A DNA stretch of 64,000 nucleotides from NCBI GenBank assembly GCA_021849745.1, contig JAJZSN010000003.1:891-64890 (forward strand), given 5' to 3'. Positions 24,764 through 35,670 of the stretch are shown piece after piece (the stretch's first letter is position 1; the number at the start of each line of letters is the position of its first letter). The translations under genes and the position numbers were made by a program. This stretch comes from Bacillota bacterium. GTDB taxonomy: Bacteria; Bacillota; GCA-003054495; Carboxydocellales; JAJZSN01. Under the pieces are notes generated by a model, which saw only the letters and a program-made list of their open reading frames with translations, was not told where the DNA came from and did not search any database.

Positions 24764-24782
24764 CAACAAGGGAGGCGTGCAA

Positions 24783-26075
24783 GTGATAGATCGTTATACA
24801 CTGCCCGAGATGGGGCGGATTTGGGCTTTGGAAAATAAGTTTAGAAAATGGCTGGATATCGAGGTTGCGGCCTGTGAGGCCATGGCGGAATTGGGGAAAA
24901 TCCCTAAGGAAGCTGTTGAGGTTATTAAGGAAAAAGCTGATTTTAACGTAAAAAGAATAGAAGAAATTGAAGCTCAGACCAATCATGATGTGATCGCCTT
25001 TCTTACCTGTGTGGCTGAGTATGTGGGTGACGAGTCCAAATACATCCATCTGGGGATGACTTCCTCCGATGTAGGTGATACCGCCCTTTGTTTGCAGATG
25101 AAGGAAGCTGGAGAAGTGCTGCTGCCTAAGCTGGAAACTTTACGGGAAAAGATTAGGGAGAAGGCTAAAGAGCACAAGTATACCCCGATGATTGGCCGGA
25201 CCCATGGGATTCATGCCGAGCCAATGACCTTCGGGATGAAAATGCTCCTCTGGCTGGCTGAAACCGAAAGAAATATTGAGCGTTTAAAAAGGGCCATCGA
25301 GACCATCAGTGTGGGCAAAATCTCCGGTGCGGTGGGCACTTATGCTAATCTGGAGCCAACTGTGGAGGCTAAGGTTTGTGCTAAGTTAGGTCTTAAAGTC
25401 GCTCCCATTTCCACCCAGGTTATCCAGCGGGATCGCCATGCCGAGTACATGACTACCATGGCGGTGATAGCCAGTTCCCTTGATAAATTCGCCACTGAGA
25501 TTCGTAATCTTCAGCGGACGGATATCCGGGAAGTGGAGGAATTCTTCGGCAAGGGTCAAAAAGGTTCTTCCGCCATGCCTCATAAGCGGAATCCCATCAC
25601 CAATGAGCGGATTGCCGGTTTGGCCAGGGTGGTGCGGGGTAATGCCCAGGCGGCCCTGGAAAATGTTGCTCTGTGGCATGAAAGGGATATTACCCATTCT
25701 TCGGTGGAAAGGGTAATTGTTCCTGATAGCACCATATTGCTGGATTATATGCTTCATCTGATGATTAAGGTTATCAGCAATCTATTGGTTTATCCAGAGG
25801 CCATGTTGGAGAACATGAATAAGACCAGGGGGCTGATTTACTCTCAGCGGACTTTGCTGGCCCTGGTGGATAAGGGTATTCTCCGGGAAAGGGCTTATGA
25901 ACTGGTGCAGCGAAATGCTATGCAGGTCTGGGCCACTAAGGAAAACTTCCTTGATTTACTTTTAGCAGATTCCGATGTCATGGAATTAATTAGTGCCGAA
26001 GAACTTAAGGGTTTATTCGATCACTCATGGTATTTGCGCCATGTGGATGAGATTTTTACAAGATTTGGACTTTAG
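24783..26075 (+). CDS. purB: Adenylosuccinate lyase
   Basis: Signature [20 protein letters not shown] is a typical start. GGGAGG lies 7 nt before GTG 24783. Confidence 0.95.
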   Translation: MIDRYTLPEMGRIWALENKFRKWLDIEVAACEAMAELGKIPKEAVEVIKEKADFNVKRIEEIEAQTNHDVIAFLTCVAEYVGDESKYIHLGMTSSDVGDTALCLQMKEAGEVLLPKLETLREKIREKAKEHKYTPMIGRTHGIHAEPMTFGMKMLLWLAETERNIERLKRAIETISVGKISGAVGTYANLEPTVEAKVCAKLGLKVAPISTQVIQRDRHAEYMTTMAVIASSLDKFATEIRNLQRTDIREVEEFFGKGQKGSSAMPHKRNPITNERIAGLARVVRGNAQAALENVALWHERDITHSSVERVIVPDSTILLDYMLHLMIKVISNLLVYPEAMLENMNKTRGLIYSQRTLLALVDKGILRERAYELVQRNAMQVWATKENFLDLLLADSDVMELISAEELKGLFDHSWYLRHVDEIFTRFGL

Positions 26076-26076
26076 T

Positions 26077-26108
26077 AGCTGTCAGCTGTCAGCTATCAGC
26101 TGTCAGCT
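26077..26108. repeat. AGCTGTC/AGCTATC heptamer array directly after the purB stop
   Basis: AGCTGTC AGCTGTC AGCTATC AGCTGTC AGCT. The first 31 nt are identical to 24588-24618. Confidence 0.9.
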
Positions 26109-26136
26109 CCGGGATGAAAAGTGGGCCGGGAATAAA

Positions 26137-26164
26137 GTTGTTACTCCTTAGTTGTTAGTTTTGT
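26137..26164. repeat. GTTGTTA-type heptamers upstream of purC
   Basis: GTTGTTA CTCCTTA GTTGTTA GTTTTGT. Confidence 0.6.
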
Positions 26165-26208
26165 GATAAAAAAATGGGTCGTCTAAATACTTTTTAGGAG
26201 AGTTGGGC

Positions 26209-26922
26209 ATGGAAAAAGGGAAGCAGATTTATGAGGGGAAGGCCAAGCGGATTTATGCCACTGGGGATGCGGATGTGGTGTGGGTGGAGTATAAGGATGA
26301 TGCTACGGCTTTTAATGGGTTGAAGAAGGGGACTATCAATAATAAGGGGTCTCTTAACAACCGGATTTCGGCGGTGTTTTTCGAAATGCTGGAGAGCAAG
26401 GGGATTCCCACCCATTTTATCAAGCTCATCAATGACCGGGAGATGTTGGTCAAACACATTGACATCATCATGGTGGAAGTAGTGATGCGCAATATCGCTG
26501 CCGGTTCCCTGGCTAAGAGGTTGGGACTGGAGGAAGGGACGCCCCTTTCCCGGCCGGTCTTGGAGTTCTATTATAAGAACGATGAATTAGGGGACCCTTT
26601 GATTAATGATTATCATGCCTTGGCTATTAATATTGCCACTAGGGAACAGATGGATAAGATGGCTGAGTTGGCTTTTAAGATTAATGAGATTCTAGTGGAT
26701 TATATGGATAAACGGGATATTATTCTAGTGGACTTCAAGCTGGAGTTCGGTGTCTTCAAAGGGGAGGTCATTCTGGGGGACGAGATTTCTCCTGATACCT
26801 GTCGGTTCTGGGATAAGCATACCAAAGAAAAGTTGGACAAAGACCGTTTCCGCCGGGATTTGGGTAATGTCGAAGAAGCCTACGAGGAAATATACAAACG
26901 ATTAACCGCAACAGCTAATTAA
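26209..26922 (+). CDS. purC: SAICAR synthetase
   Basis: [16 protein letters not shown] start and the LVDFKLEFG motif. AGGAGAG lies upstream of ATG 26209. Confidence 0.95.
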   Translation: MEKGKQIYEGKAKRIYATGDADVVWVEYKDDATAFNGLKKGTINNKGSLNNRISAVFFEMLESKGIPTHFIKLINDREMLVKHIDIIMVEVVMRNIAAGSLAKRLGLEEGTPLSRPVLEFYYKNDELGDPLINDYHALAINIATREQMDKMAELAFKINEILVDYMDKRDIILVDFKLEFGVFKGEVILGDEISPDTCRFWDKHTKEKLDKDRFRRDLGNVEEAYEEIYKRLTATAN

Positions 26923-26981
26923 TTGATAGAGCAGATACCGTAGTAATGCTGATTTGATGATATTTAGCGGGGGGCTAGAAA

Positions 26982-28427
26982 ATGTTAAGTAATAATAACA
27001 CTCAACCTTGGTCACAACCAGAGGGCTTACTGAGTGATGATAAACCTCATGAAGAATGCGGCGTTTTCGGTATCTACAGTTCTGACCTGGATATTGCCCG
27101 GTTAACTTATTTTGGTCTTTACGCTCTCCAGCACCGGGGCCAGGAGAGCGCAGGGATTGCCGTGTCTGACGGTAAGAACATCAAACTCCATAAAGATATG
27201 GGTTTGGTACCGGAGGTTTTTGATGATGATATCCTTAACCGATTGACGGGGAAAATGGCCATTGGTCATGTGCGTTACTCTACTACCGGTTCCAGCCTGG
27301 CCATCAATGCCCAGCCACTGGTTGTTCATTACAGCAGGGGTATGATTGGTTTGGCCCATAACGGTAATATTACCAATATTGCCGCTCTAAGAAGAACTTT
27401 GGAAGCTAACGGTTCAGTGTTTCAGTCTACCCTTGATACCGAGGTGATTGTCAATCTTATTGCTCGGTATGCTCAAAGCAGCATTGAAGATGCCATTATG
27501 AAAAGCATGATTGACCTCAAGGGTTCTTATGCCCTGCTGGTGATGACCGAGGATAAGCTTATCGGGGTGAGGGATCCTTTTGGCATCCGGCCTTTGTGTC
27601 TTGGTAAAAAGGGAGACGATTATGTCCTGGCCTCGGAATCCTGTGCCCTGGATACCATTGGGGCCGAGTTTATCCGGGACGTGGAACCCGGTGAGATTGT
27701 TATAATTGATGAAAACGGGGTTTCTTCCCTGCGTTCCACTAACCGGGCGGAGAAGAAGACCTGTGTTTTTGAATACATCTATTTTGCCCGTCCCGACAGC
27801 AATATCGATGGCTATAATGTCAACCTGGTGCGGCGGGAAATGGGCCGTCAACTGGCCAGGGAATATAAAGCAGATGTGGATTTGGTGATTTCCATCCCTG
27901 ATTCGGGGACAGCGGCGGCCCGGGGCTATGCTGAGGAGTCGGGAATCCCTTTTGAGGAAGGGTTGTTGAAAAACCGTTATATTGGCAGGACTTTCATCCA
28001 ACCTTCCCAATCTATGCGGGAACTGGCGGTTAAGCTGAAGTTGAACCCCATCGTTCCGGTTCTGAAAGGGAAAAGACTGGTGGTAGTGGATGATTCCATC
28101 GTTCGGGGCACCACCAGCGGCAGAATCATCAGGATGTTGCGGGATGCCGGAGCTAAGGAGATTCACATGCTGGTGAGTTCGCCTCCGGTTTTATACGCTT
28201 GCCATTATGGGATTGATATCTCTACCCGGGACGAGCTAATCGCTGTTCAGAAAAAGATTGATGAAATCCGTGACTATATCGGGGCTGATGGCCTGCATTA
28301 TATCAGTCTGGAAGGTTTGATTAAGTGTTTTGACAAAGGTGGCCAAAAGGGCTTCTGTACCGCCTGTTTCTGCGGCAATTATCCCATTGAGATTCCGGAA
28401 GAAGCCGGAAAATTCGTTTTCGAATAA
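26982..28427 (+). CDS. purF: Amidophosphoribosyltransferase
   Basis: A propeptide precedes the Ntn nucleophile CGVFGI. PRTase loop VVVDDSIVRGTT. C-terminal Fe-S cysteines CTACFCGNYP. Confidence 0.97.
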   Translation: MLSNNNTQPWSQPEGLLSDDKPHEECGVFGIYSSDLDIARLTYFGLYALQHRGQESAGIAVSDGKNIKLHKDMGLVPEVFDDDILNRLTGKMAIGHVRYSTTGSSLAINAQPLVVHYSRGMIGLAHNGNITNIAALRRTLEANGSVFQSTLDTEVIVNLIARYAQSSIEDAIMKSMIDLKGSYALLVMTEDKLIGVRDPFGIRPLCLGKKGDDYVLASESCALDTIGAEFIRDVEPGEIVIIDENGVSSLRSTNRAEKKTCVFEYIYFARPDSNIDGYNVNLVRREMGRQLAREYKADVDLVISIPDSGTAAARGYAEESGIPFEEGLLKNRYIGRTFIQPSQSMRELAVKLKLNPIVPVLKGKRLVVVDDSIVRGTTSGRIIRMLRDAGAKEIHMLVSSPPVLYACHYGIDISTRDELIAVQKKIDEIRDYIGADGLHYISLEGLIKCFDKGGQKGFCTACFCGNYPIEIPEEAGKFVFE

Positions 28428-28456
28428 CATTCATATTTCGGTAGGGAGGAATCGTA

Positions 28457-29503
28457 ATGTCCGAGACTAAAGGAATGACCTATGCCGATGCCGGGGTGGA
28501 TATCAGCGCCGGTAATGAAGCTGTGGTATTAATGAAAGAGCATGTCAAGAAGACCTTCCGCCCCGAGGTGCTGACCGACCTCGGGGGTTTCGGGGGTCTC
28601 TTTGCCCTTAATACGGCGAAGTATAAGCAGCCGGTGCTGGTATCCGGCACCGACGGGGTGGGTACCAAATTGAAAGTGGCCATGCTCACCGGAAAACATG
28701 ATACCATCGGGATAGATGCCGTGGCCATGTGTGTTAATGACGTTCTGGTTCAAGGGGCGGAGCCCTTGTTTTTCCTGGACTACCTGGCGGTAGGAAAATT
28801 AAAGCCCCAGATGGTGGCAGATATTGTTAAAGGGATTGCTGAAGGCTGTCAGCAAGCAGGTTGTGCCCTCATCGGGGGGGAAACCGCCGAAATGCCCGGA
28901 TTCTATAATGAAGATGAATACGATGTGGCCGGTTTTGTAGTTGGAATAGTGGACCGGGAGAAAATAATTGACGGCAGCGCCATCATTCCTGGTGATGTCG
29001 TAATTGGTATCGCCTCTTCCGGTCTCCATAGCAATGGTTATTCTCTGGCCCGGAAGGTAATGTTGGAGGCTAGTGGTTTGGGGTTGAACGACCACCATCC
29101 CAGTTTGGGCCGGACGGTGGGAGAGGAACTGCTGGAGCCTACCAGGATATATGTTAAGACCATCCTGCCTTTGTTGGAGAAGTTCAAAATCAAGGGCATG
29201 GCCCATATCACCGGCGGTGGTCTGACGGAGAATGTCCCCAGGGTGTTACCCCAGGGAACCAAGGTGGTTATCAACAGAGGAACCTGGGAGGTTAAACCAA
29301 TTTTCAAGGTAATGCAGGAAATTGGTAAGATTGAGGAGAAAGAAATGTATCGTACCTTTAATATGGGTGTGGGCATGGCGCTAATCGTACCCCAGGCCCA
29401 GGCCGATAAGGTTCTGGAACACTTGACCACCCAAGGGGAAAAAGCCTGGGCCATCGGCCAGGTGGAAGCCCAAATGGGGGAACCGGTGGTGGAGTATATC
29501 TAA
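28457..29503 (+). CDS. purM: AIR synthetase
   Basis: [11 protein letters not shown], and AHITGGG in the C-terminal domain. Confidence 0.97.
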   Translation: MSETKGMTYADAGVDISAGNEAVVLMKEHVKKTFRPEVLTDLGGFGGLFALNTAKYKQPVLVSGTDGVGTKLKVAMLTGKHDTIGIDAVAMCVNDVLVQGAEPLFFLDYLAVGKLKPQMVADIVKGIAEGCQQAGCALIGGETAEMPGFYNEDEYDVAGFVVGIVDREKIIDGSAIIPGDVVIGIASSGLHSNGYSLARKVMLEASGLGLNDHHPSLGRTVGEELLEPTRIYVKTILPLLEKFKIKGMAHITGGGLTENVPRVLPQGTKVVINRGTWEVKPIFKVMQEIGKIEEKEMYRTFNMGVGMALIVPQAQADKVLEHLTTQGEKAWAIGQVEAQMGEPVVEYI

Positions 29504-29508
29504 TAAGA

Positions 29509-29526
29509 AGCTGTCAGCTGACAGCT
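29509..29526. repeat. Perfect 18-bp palindrome made of one AGCTGTC/GCTGACA pair
   Basis: AGCTGTCAGCTGACAGCT lies 5 nt after the purM stop and 8 nt before the purN SD. Confidence 0.9.
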
Positions 29527-29545
29527 CGACCGGAGGTAATACAGT

Positions 29546-30157
29546 ATGAGCCTAAATCTCGGTATTCTGGCTTCGGGCAGCGGGTCTAACTTGCAGGCTA
29601 TTGTAGATGCTTGCGAGAGGGGGGACGTGGTGGCCCGGGTTAAGGTGGTCATCAGTGACAAGGCCGGGGCCTATGCTCTGGAAAGGGCTAGGGCCAAGGG
29701 CATTGCGGCTGTACATATCAATCCCAAAGAGTTTAGCGGGAAAGAGTTCTTTGAAGCGGAGATTGTCAGGGTTTTACAGCTGCATGAGGTTGAACTGGTT
29801 TGTTTGGCGGGATATATGCGTTTGGTTGGGGACAAGTTATTGGGGGCCTTCCCACAGCGGGTGATGAATATTCACCCGGCTCTTTTGCCGGCTTTTCCGG
29901 GCCTACATGGACAGCAGCAGGCCTTTGATTACGGGGTTAGGTTTTCAGGTTGCACTGTTCATTTTGTTGACCATGGCATGGATACCGGACCTATAATTCT
30001 CCAGGCGGTGGTTCCTGTGCTGACCGATGATACGGCTGAGTCCCTGGCGGCCAGGATTTTGGAACAGGAGCATAAGATTTACCCCCAGGCCATACAGCTT
30101 TATGCTGAGGGCAGGCTGAGGGTTGTGGGGCGGAAAGTTATTGTAGCTGGTAGCTGA
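29546..30157 (+). CDS. purN: GAR formyltransferase
   Basis: NIHPALLPAFPG and the VHFVDHGMDTGPII motif. Confidence 0.95.
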   Translation: MSLNLGILASGSGSNLQAIVDACERGDVVARVKVVISDKAGAYALERARAKGIAAVHINPKEFSGKEFFEAEIVRVLQLHEVELVCLAGYMRLVGDKLLGAFPQRVMNIHPALLPAFPGLHGQQQAFDYGVRFSGCTVHFVDHGMDTGPIILQAVVPVLTDDTAESLAARILEQEHKIYPQAIQLYAEGRLRVVGRKVIVAGS

Positions 30158-30212
30158 TAGTTTGTAGCTTTTAGCTGGTTCATAGTTCGTAGTTTGTAGT
30201 TCTTAGTTGGAG
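30143..30212. repeat. Ten in-phase heptamers, from the GTAGCTG type to the GTTCGTA type, spanning the purN stop to the purH SD
   Basis: GTAGCTG GTAGCTG ATAGTTT GTAGCTT TTAGCTG GTTCATA GTTCGTA GTTTGTA GTTCTTA GTTGGAG. The last 5 purN codons and TGA (30155-30157) lie inside the array. Confidence 0.9.
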
Positions 30213-30222
30213 GAGGATGAAG

Positions 30223-31773
30223 ATGAAAGTTAAAAGGGCGTTGATTAGTGTTTCTAACAAAGCCGGGGTGGTGGAATTTGCCAGGGGGTTGGCCGACCTG
30301 GGGGTTGAGTTAATATCCACCGGTGGGACATTCAAAACCATTAAAGAAGCCGGTGTTCCGGTTAAATATGTGACTGAAGTAACCGGTTTTCCTGAAATCC
30401 TCGATGGGCGGGTGAAGACCCTCAACCCTAAGATTCATGGGGGGATTTTGGCACGGAGGGTTCCTGAGCACCTTAAACAATTAGAAGAGCATGGAATCGG
30501 GACCATTGATTTGGTGGCCGTTAATTTATATCCTTTTAAAGAGACCATCAGCAAACCCAATGTTACCTTGGAGGACGCCATAGAGAACATTGATATCGGC
30601 GGCCCGGCCATGGTTCGGGCTTCGGCCAAGAACTATGAAGGGGTTGTGATTGTGGTTAACCCCAACAGTTATGGGCAAATCCTGGACTACCTGAAGAGTT
30701 CCGGAGATGTGCCTAATGATGTACGCTTGAAACTTTCTGCCGAAGCTTTTGGTCATACCGCTGAATATGATAGCTTGATTACCGGCTATCTTAGCAGTTT
30801 GGCCGGGGAAGAGGAGAAAGAAATTTTCCCTGAAACCTTGAAACCGGTATTTTCCAAGGTTCAGGATCTGCGTTACGGAGAAAATCCCCATCAGAAAGCG
30901 GTATTCTACCGGGACAACTATGTTACCGGGGCTTGTGTAGGTAATGCCCGGCAGTTGCACGGTAAGGAGCTATCCTTCAACAATATTATGGACATTAACT
31001 CTGCTTTCGAACTGGTGCGGGAGTTCCAAGACCCTGCGGCAGTCATAATAAAACATAACAATCCCTGCGGTACCGCCTGGGCCGCCAATCTTCACGAGGC
31101 CTACGTCAAAGCCTTCACCGCTGACGAGGTATCTGCCTTCGGAGGTATCGTGGGTTTAAACCGGCCTGTAGACGGGGCTACGGCCGGAGAAATTAACAAA
31201 ACCTTTATTGAAGCGGTTATTGCTCCAGGCTATACACCCGAGGCCCTGGAGATTCTCAAGAAAAAGGAAAACTTGCGCATCCTGGAGACCGGGGCTATGG
31301 AGGCCAACCTGGGTGCCGACTGGGATATGAAAAAGGTCAACGGGGGATTGCTGATTCAGGAAGTGGACCGGGGCGAGGTTAAGCCGGAGGAACTCAAAGT
31401 AGTTTCTGAGAAGCAGCCCACTCCTGAGCAATTAAAGGAACTTCTTTTTGCCTGGAAAGTAGTTAAACATGTCAAATCCAATGCCATCGTGGTAACCAAA
31501 GACGGCCGGACCATCGGGGTCGGGGCCGGCCAGATGAACCGGGTGGGTTCAGCCAAGATTGCTTTTGAACAAGCCGGTGAGAAAGCCCAGGGTGCTGTCC
31601 TGGCATCCGATGCCTTCTTCCCCTTCCGGGACACCATCGACGAAGCGGCCAAGGCCGGAATCACCGCCATCATCCAACCCGGCGGCTCCATGCGGGACGA
31701 AGAGTCCATCCAAGCTGCCAATGAACACGGCCTGGTAATGATTTTCACCGGTATGAGGCATTTTAAGCATTAA
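30223..31773 (+). CDS. purH: AICAR transformylase / IMP cyclohydrolase
   Basis: MGS-like N-terminal domain ([10 protein letters not shown]) and AICARFT domain. GGAGGAGG ends 6 nt before ATG 30223. Confidence 0.97.
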   Translation: MKVKRALISVSNKAGVVEFARGLADLGVELISTGGTFKTIKEAGVPVKYVTEVTGFPEILDGRVKTLNPKIHGGILARRVPEHLKQLEEHGIGTIDLVAVNLYPFKETISKPNVTLEDAIENIDIGGPAMVRASAKNYEGVVIVVNPNSYGQILDYLKSSGDVPNDVRLKLSAEAFGHTAEYDSLITGYLSSLAGEEEKEIFPETLKPVFSKVQDLRYGENPHQKAVFYRDNYVTGACVGNARQLHGKELSFNNIMDINSAFELVREFQDPAAVIIKHNNPCGTAWAANLHEAYVKAFTADEVSAFGGIVGLNRPVDGATAGEINKTFIEAVIAPGYTPEALEILKKKENLRILETGAMEANLGADWDMKKVNGGLLIQEVDRGEVKPEELKVVSEKQPTPEQLKELLFAWKVVKHVKSNAIVVTKDGRTIGVGAGQMNRVGSAKIAFEQAGEKAQGAVLASDAFFPFRDTIDEAAKAGITAIIQPGGSMRDEESIQAANEHGLVMIFTGMRHFKH

Positions 31774-31891
31774 TTAGCTGGTAGTTGGTAGCTGATAGCT
31801 GGTAGCCTTGAAAGACAACTTAAGGGTTCGGATAATGACCAAAGAGTTATCATTCAGGCTACAAGCTACAAGCTACCAGCTACAAGCTCCA
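31774..31891. repeat. Imperfect inverted heptamer arms (AGCTGGT type versus AGCTACA type) around a 48-nt loop
   Basis: The left arm spans 31774-31808 and the right arm 31857-31891. My hand alignment gives about 28 of 33 positions pairable, including one G-U. Confidence 0.85.
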
Positions 31892-31906
31892 ACAGGAGGG
31901 AAATAC

Positions 31907-33172
31907 ATGAAAGTACTAGTCATCGGCGGCGGGGGCCGGGAACATGCCCTGGTCTGGAAGTTGAAACAGAGTCCTAAAGTCACTGAAGTTTATTGTGCGC
32001 CGGGGAATGCGGGGATTGCCCAGATGGCTACCTGTGTTAATGTCGGTGCTGAAGATATTGACGGGTTGTTAAAGGTGGCCCTGGAAAAGGGGATTGACTT
32101 GACGGTGGTTGGCCCGGAAGCGCCTTTGATTGCCGGTTTGGGTGAAAAGTTCCGGGAAGCCGGGCTGAAGGTCTTCGGACCCAGACGAAGAGCGGCTGAA
32201 ATAGAGGGCAGCAAGGCCCTGGCCAAGGAAATCATGATTAAGTACAATATCCCCACTGCCAAGTACGCCAAGTTTACCGAGGCCGGGGCGGCCATCGATT
32301 ACATCAAGACCAACGGGGCTCCCATCGTAGTTAAGGCCGACGGCCTGGCCGCCGGTAAGGGAGTGATTGTGGCCATGGATGAGGAAACGGCCATTAATGC
32401 GGTGAAGGATATCATGGAATCCAAGGTCTTTGGCGAGTCAGGCAATATAGTGGTCATCGAGGAGTACCTGGAGGGAGAAGAGGTCAGTATCTTAGCTTTC
32501 ACCGATGGGGAAACGGTGGTGCCCATGGTGCCTTCCCAGGATCATAAAAGGGTTTTTGACGGAGATGAAGGACCTAACACCGGTGGGATGGGAGCCTATT
32601 CCCCGGCCCCGGTGTATACCCCGGAGCTCCATGAAACGGCCCTGCGGGACATCTTGATTCCCACCATCAAGGGTATGGCTGCAGAAGGCCGCCATTACGA
32701 GGGGGTTATCTATGCCGGGTTAATGGTGACCAAAGACGGCCCCAAGGTACTGGAGTACAACGCCCGTTTTGGTGATCCTGAAACCCAGGCGGTGTTGGTG
32801 CGGTTGGGGACTGACTTGGTGGAAATTATCGAGGCTATTTTGGATAAAAGGCTGGCCGAGGTGGATATCAAGTGGAGCAACCAGGCGGCGGTCTGTGTGG
32901 TGATGGCTTCCAGCGGTTACCCTGGTGATTTTGCCAAGGGTAAGGTGATTAAAGGGCTGGAGGAGGCTAATAAAGTGGGTATTGTGTTTCATGCCGGGAC
33001 CAAGGGCCAGGGTGATGAGATAGTGACCTCCGGTGGCCGAGTGCTGGGAGTGACGGCCCTTGGGGACAGTATTAAGGATGCTATTGACAATGCTTACCGG
33101 GCTGTGGGTAAAATCAGTTTTGAGGGTATGCAATATCGGAAGGATATAGGTTATAGGTCTTTGAACAGGTAA
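31907..33172 (+). CDS. purD: GAR synthetase
   Basis: MKVLVIGGGGREHALVWKL start and an ATP-grasp body. AGGAGGG lies 6 nt before ATG 31907. The 33 upstream ORF-track codons are repeat sequence. Confidence 0.97.
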   Translation: MKVLVIGGGGREHALVWKLKQSPKVTEVYCAPGNAGIAQMATCVNVGAEDIDGLLKVALEKGIDLTVVGPEAPLIAGLGEKFREAGLKVFGPRRRAAEIEGSKALAKEIMIKYNIPTAKYAKFTEAGAAIDYIKTNGAPIVVKADGLAAGKGVIVAMDEETAINAVKDIMESKVFGESGNIVVIEEYLEGEEVSILAFTDGETVVPMVPSQDHKRVFDGDEGPNTGGMGAYSPAPVYTPELHETALRDILIPTIKGMAAEGRHYEGVIYAGLMVTKDGPKVLEYNARFGDPETQAVLVRLGTDLVEIIEAILDKRLAEVDIKWSNQAAVCVVMASSGYPGDFAKGKVIKGLEEANKVGIVFHAGTKGQGDEIVTSGGRVLGVTALGDSIKDAIDNAYRAVGKISFEGMQYRKDIGYRSLNR

Positions 33173-33185
33173 TTTAGGTTGAAAA

Positions 33186-33216
33186 GCTGTCTTTCGTATT
33201 ATGAAAGGCAGTTTTT
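33186..33216 (+). terminator. Rho-independent terminator after purD
   Basis: GCTGTCTTTC pairs with GAAAGGCAG (one G-U), followed by T5. Confidence 0.65.
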
Positions 33217-33395
33217 ATTTAAATCCGATTAAGTGGGTTAAGCAGTTGGAGGTAAATTTTTGCCCTTTAGCCTATGTTTTCATCACTTTCACCAAAGTCT
33301 TGTTGAATTAGCTGAAATTATATAATATATTCTAATTATGTTTGCGGATGAAGCAGAATGGTTTTTTGTTATAACATAAAAAATAAAAATAAGAG

Positions 33396-34220
33396 ATGGA
33401 GGATATTATGGTTGTAATGCAACGCTGCTGGTACTTACATGTTCGGGATTGCGGTCCGGAGGGATTTTTGGCTGAGGCTAATTATACCGACACTTTTATA
33501 GACCAATCTCTGATTCTGGAAGTTGAACGAAAAACATTAGTAATAAAAAGCGCTCAGCTGGAGGTGCGTCGGGGAAAACCTGAGGTAGCATCGGCCTCAG
33601 TTGGTAACCTCGTGGGTATAACAGCCTATTTTGGTTCCGGAAGAAAACTTCGGGAAGCTTTGGGAGCAGCTCCGGCCCTTTTGGACATGGCGTCTCAAGC
33701 CCTTACTGCCGTCATTCAGGCAGAAATTTTTTTCTATCAGGAGCGTGGTTTTGCCACTGCCGCTGAATATGAAGATTTTTGGGACAAAACTTATCAAAAT
33801 GCCTGTGTCCTCTATAGTAACCTGGACCGGGTGGAACAGCGCTTTATGGACTATGTCAAAGACCATCAACCGGGGCGCAACCTTTTCCATCGTTATCTGA
33901 CGACGTCTTTGGATATTTCGGGGGAAAAGTCGCAAATCTGTGGTCATCTAATGGATTCCTTTCATGAAATGACTTTATCCCTGAACCTTGATCAGGATTA
34001 TCAGATTCAGAAAGCTTCGGCTTCTATGCTGCGCTGTCCGGATGCTGTATGCCGTGAGGCTTTGGCAAGGGTACCTGGCCTGGAGGGAATGGATCTAACC
34101 ACGGGAGAGCTGAAACGCTACCACGAAAAATGCGGCGGGTCCACTGGTTGCACCCATATTGGCCAACTGGTACAGGAAGCCGCCTATACCCTGGACATTT
34201 ACCAAAAAAATAAGCAATGA
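33396..34220 (+). CDS. DUF2889-like protein
   Basis: The ...CGGSTGCTHIGQLVQEA motif and the overall pattern resemble DUF2889 as I recall it. ATG 33408 is an alternative start. Confidence 0.55.
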   Translation: MEDIMVVMQRCWYLHVRDCGPEGFLAEANYTDTFIDQSLILEVERKTLVIKSAQLEVRRGKPEVASASVGNLVGITAYFGSGRKLREALGAAPALLDMASQALTAVIQAEIFFYQERGFATAAEYEDFWDKTYQNACVLYSNLDRVEQRFMDYVKDHQPGRNLFHRYLTTSLDISGEKSQICGHLMDSFHEMTLSLNLDQDYQIQKASASMLRCPDAVCREALARVPGLEGMDLTTGELKRYHEKCGGSTGCTHIGQLVQEAAYTLDIYQKNKQ

Positions 34221-34367
34221 TTAAATGTTAGATTGGTTAATAGGTCCGCAGCCTGTAGTTGCGGACCTAAAAATTGGCATATTAATTATTAAATTTTGCA
34301 GGTTTTTATGTTGGATAGAGAGAATTATGGCTAAATTATAGTTAACACAGGAAGGCAGGGTCAATAT

Positions 34368-35531
34368 ATGAAGGAAGAGTTAAACCAGAGGATTTTAAAA
34401 CTCCAAAGTCGGATGCAAGAAAAGGGTATTGACGGAGCGTTAATAGTTTACGCTATAGATGTATTCTATTATGCAGGTACCCGCCAAAATTCAATGTTAT
34501 TGGTACCTGCCGCTGGCAGTCCGGTTCTTTTTGTCAGAAAAAGCCTAACCAGGGCCCTTCAGGAGAGTCCCCTCAAGGATATTCGACCTTTCCCCTCAAG
34601 CAAGGAAATGGCAGATTTTATGGGGGATAATATACGCATCGTCGGCCTTACTTTTGACGTAGTACCTGTACAGCAATACCAGTACTTTACAAGGCTTTTC
34701 CCAGGGAAAGAATTTGTTGATATTTCTCAAATCAATCGGGAAATCAGATCTGTGAAATCTCCTTGGGAGATCGAGCAGATGAAAAAAGCAGCCGACATCC
34801 AGTGCCGTCTCTTTGCCCAGATACCGGAATTCCTAAAACCCGGGATGAGTGAAATTGAGCTTGCAGCAGAAGTTGAATACAGATCTCGTAAATTGGGCAC
34901 CGAAGGATACATACGGCTGCGGGCTTTTAACCAGGAACTATTTTGGGGAGTTATTTCGGCAGGAGCCAACTCCACTGCTCCGGGGTTTTTTGACGGTCCT
35001 GTTTCCGGTCAAGGGCTGTCCAAGGCGTTTCCTCAGGGGGCATCTCAGTCAATCATTAAAAAAAACGTACCGGTTATCGTTGATTATGTTTGTATCATCT
35101 ATGGTTATCTTATTGACATGACCAGAATTTTCGTAATAGGCACTCTGGAACAGGAGTTAGAGAGAGCTTATGCCACTTCTTTGGAGATTCAGGATTATTT
35201 ATTTAAGAATCTTACTCCTGGCCGCTTGGGGTCGGAATTATTTTATGGAGCCAGTAAAATAGCTGAGGAGGCAGGTTTTGGTGCAAATTTCATGGGTGCT
35301 CCGGGAGACCAGGCAAAATTTGTGGGTCACGGGGTAGGCCTAGAGCTGGATGAATTACCCGTCCTGGCCCAAGGGCTTGATACTCCTATGCTGTTAAATC
35401 AGACTATTGCCCTTGAGCCCAAGTTTGTTTTCCCTGGACGGGGAGCCGTGGGCATAGAAAATACTGTTGCCGTTAGCGAGAAGGGCGCTATCAGGATAAC
35501 TGAAATGGATGATGCCATCGTTTATATATGA
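34368..35531 (+). CDS. M24-family Xaa-Pro peptidase (creatinase-N plus pita-bread fold)
   Basis: VDYVCIIYGYLIDMTR..., HGVGLELDE... and ALEPKF... carry the metal ligands of the M24B family. Confidence 0.85.
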   Translation: MKEELNQRILKLQSRMQEKGIDGALIVYAIDVFYYAGTRQNSMLLVPAAGSPVLFVRKSLTRALQESPLKDIRPFPSSKEMADFMGDNIRIVGLTFDVVPVQQYQYFTRLFPGKEFVDISQINREIRSVKSPWEIEQMKKAADIQCRLFAQIPEFLKPGMSEIELAAEVEYRSRKLGTEGYIRLRAFNQELFWGVISAGANSTAPGFFDGPVSGQGLSKAFPQGASQSIIKKNVPVIVDYVCIIYGYLIDMTRIFVIGTLEQELERAYATSLEIQDYLFKNLTPGRLGSELFYGASKIAEEAGFGANFMGAPGDQAKFVGHGVGLELDELPVLAQGLDTPMLLNQTIALEPKFVFPGRGAVGIENTVAVSEKGAIRITEMDDAIVYI

Positions 35532-35670
35532 TTTATCAGAAGTTGAAGAAACTTTTACCTACGGTTGTTAATAATTATCCAAGGTTGCTTTGATTGTGTA
35601 TATGCACCTATTCGTGTATACTATTAGAAGTAGATTAATATCTGACAGGCGAAGGGGGAATAGGTATTAG

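Noticed and set aside
27414-28166. 250-aa minus-strand ORF
   Set aside because: It is antisense to purF and is a shadow ORF.
31808-31906. N-terminal 33 codons of the 454-aa purD ORF
   Set aside because: This stretch consists of the loop and right heptamer arm. Canonical MKVLVIGGGGREHA with AGGAGGG begins at 31907.
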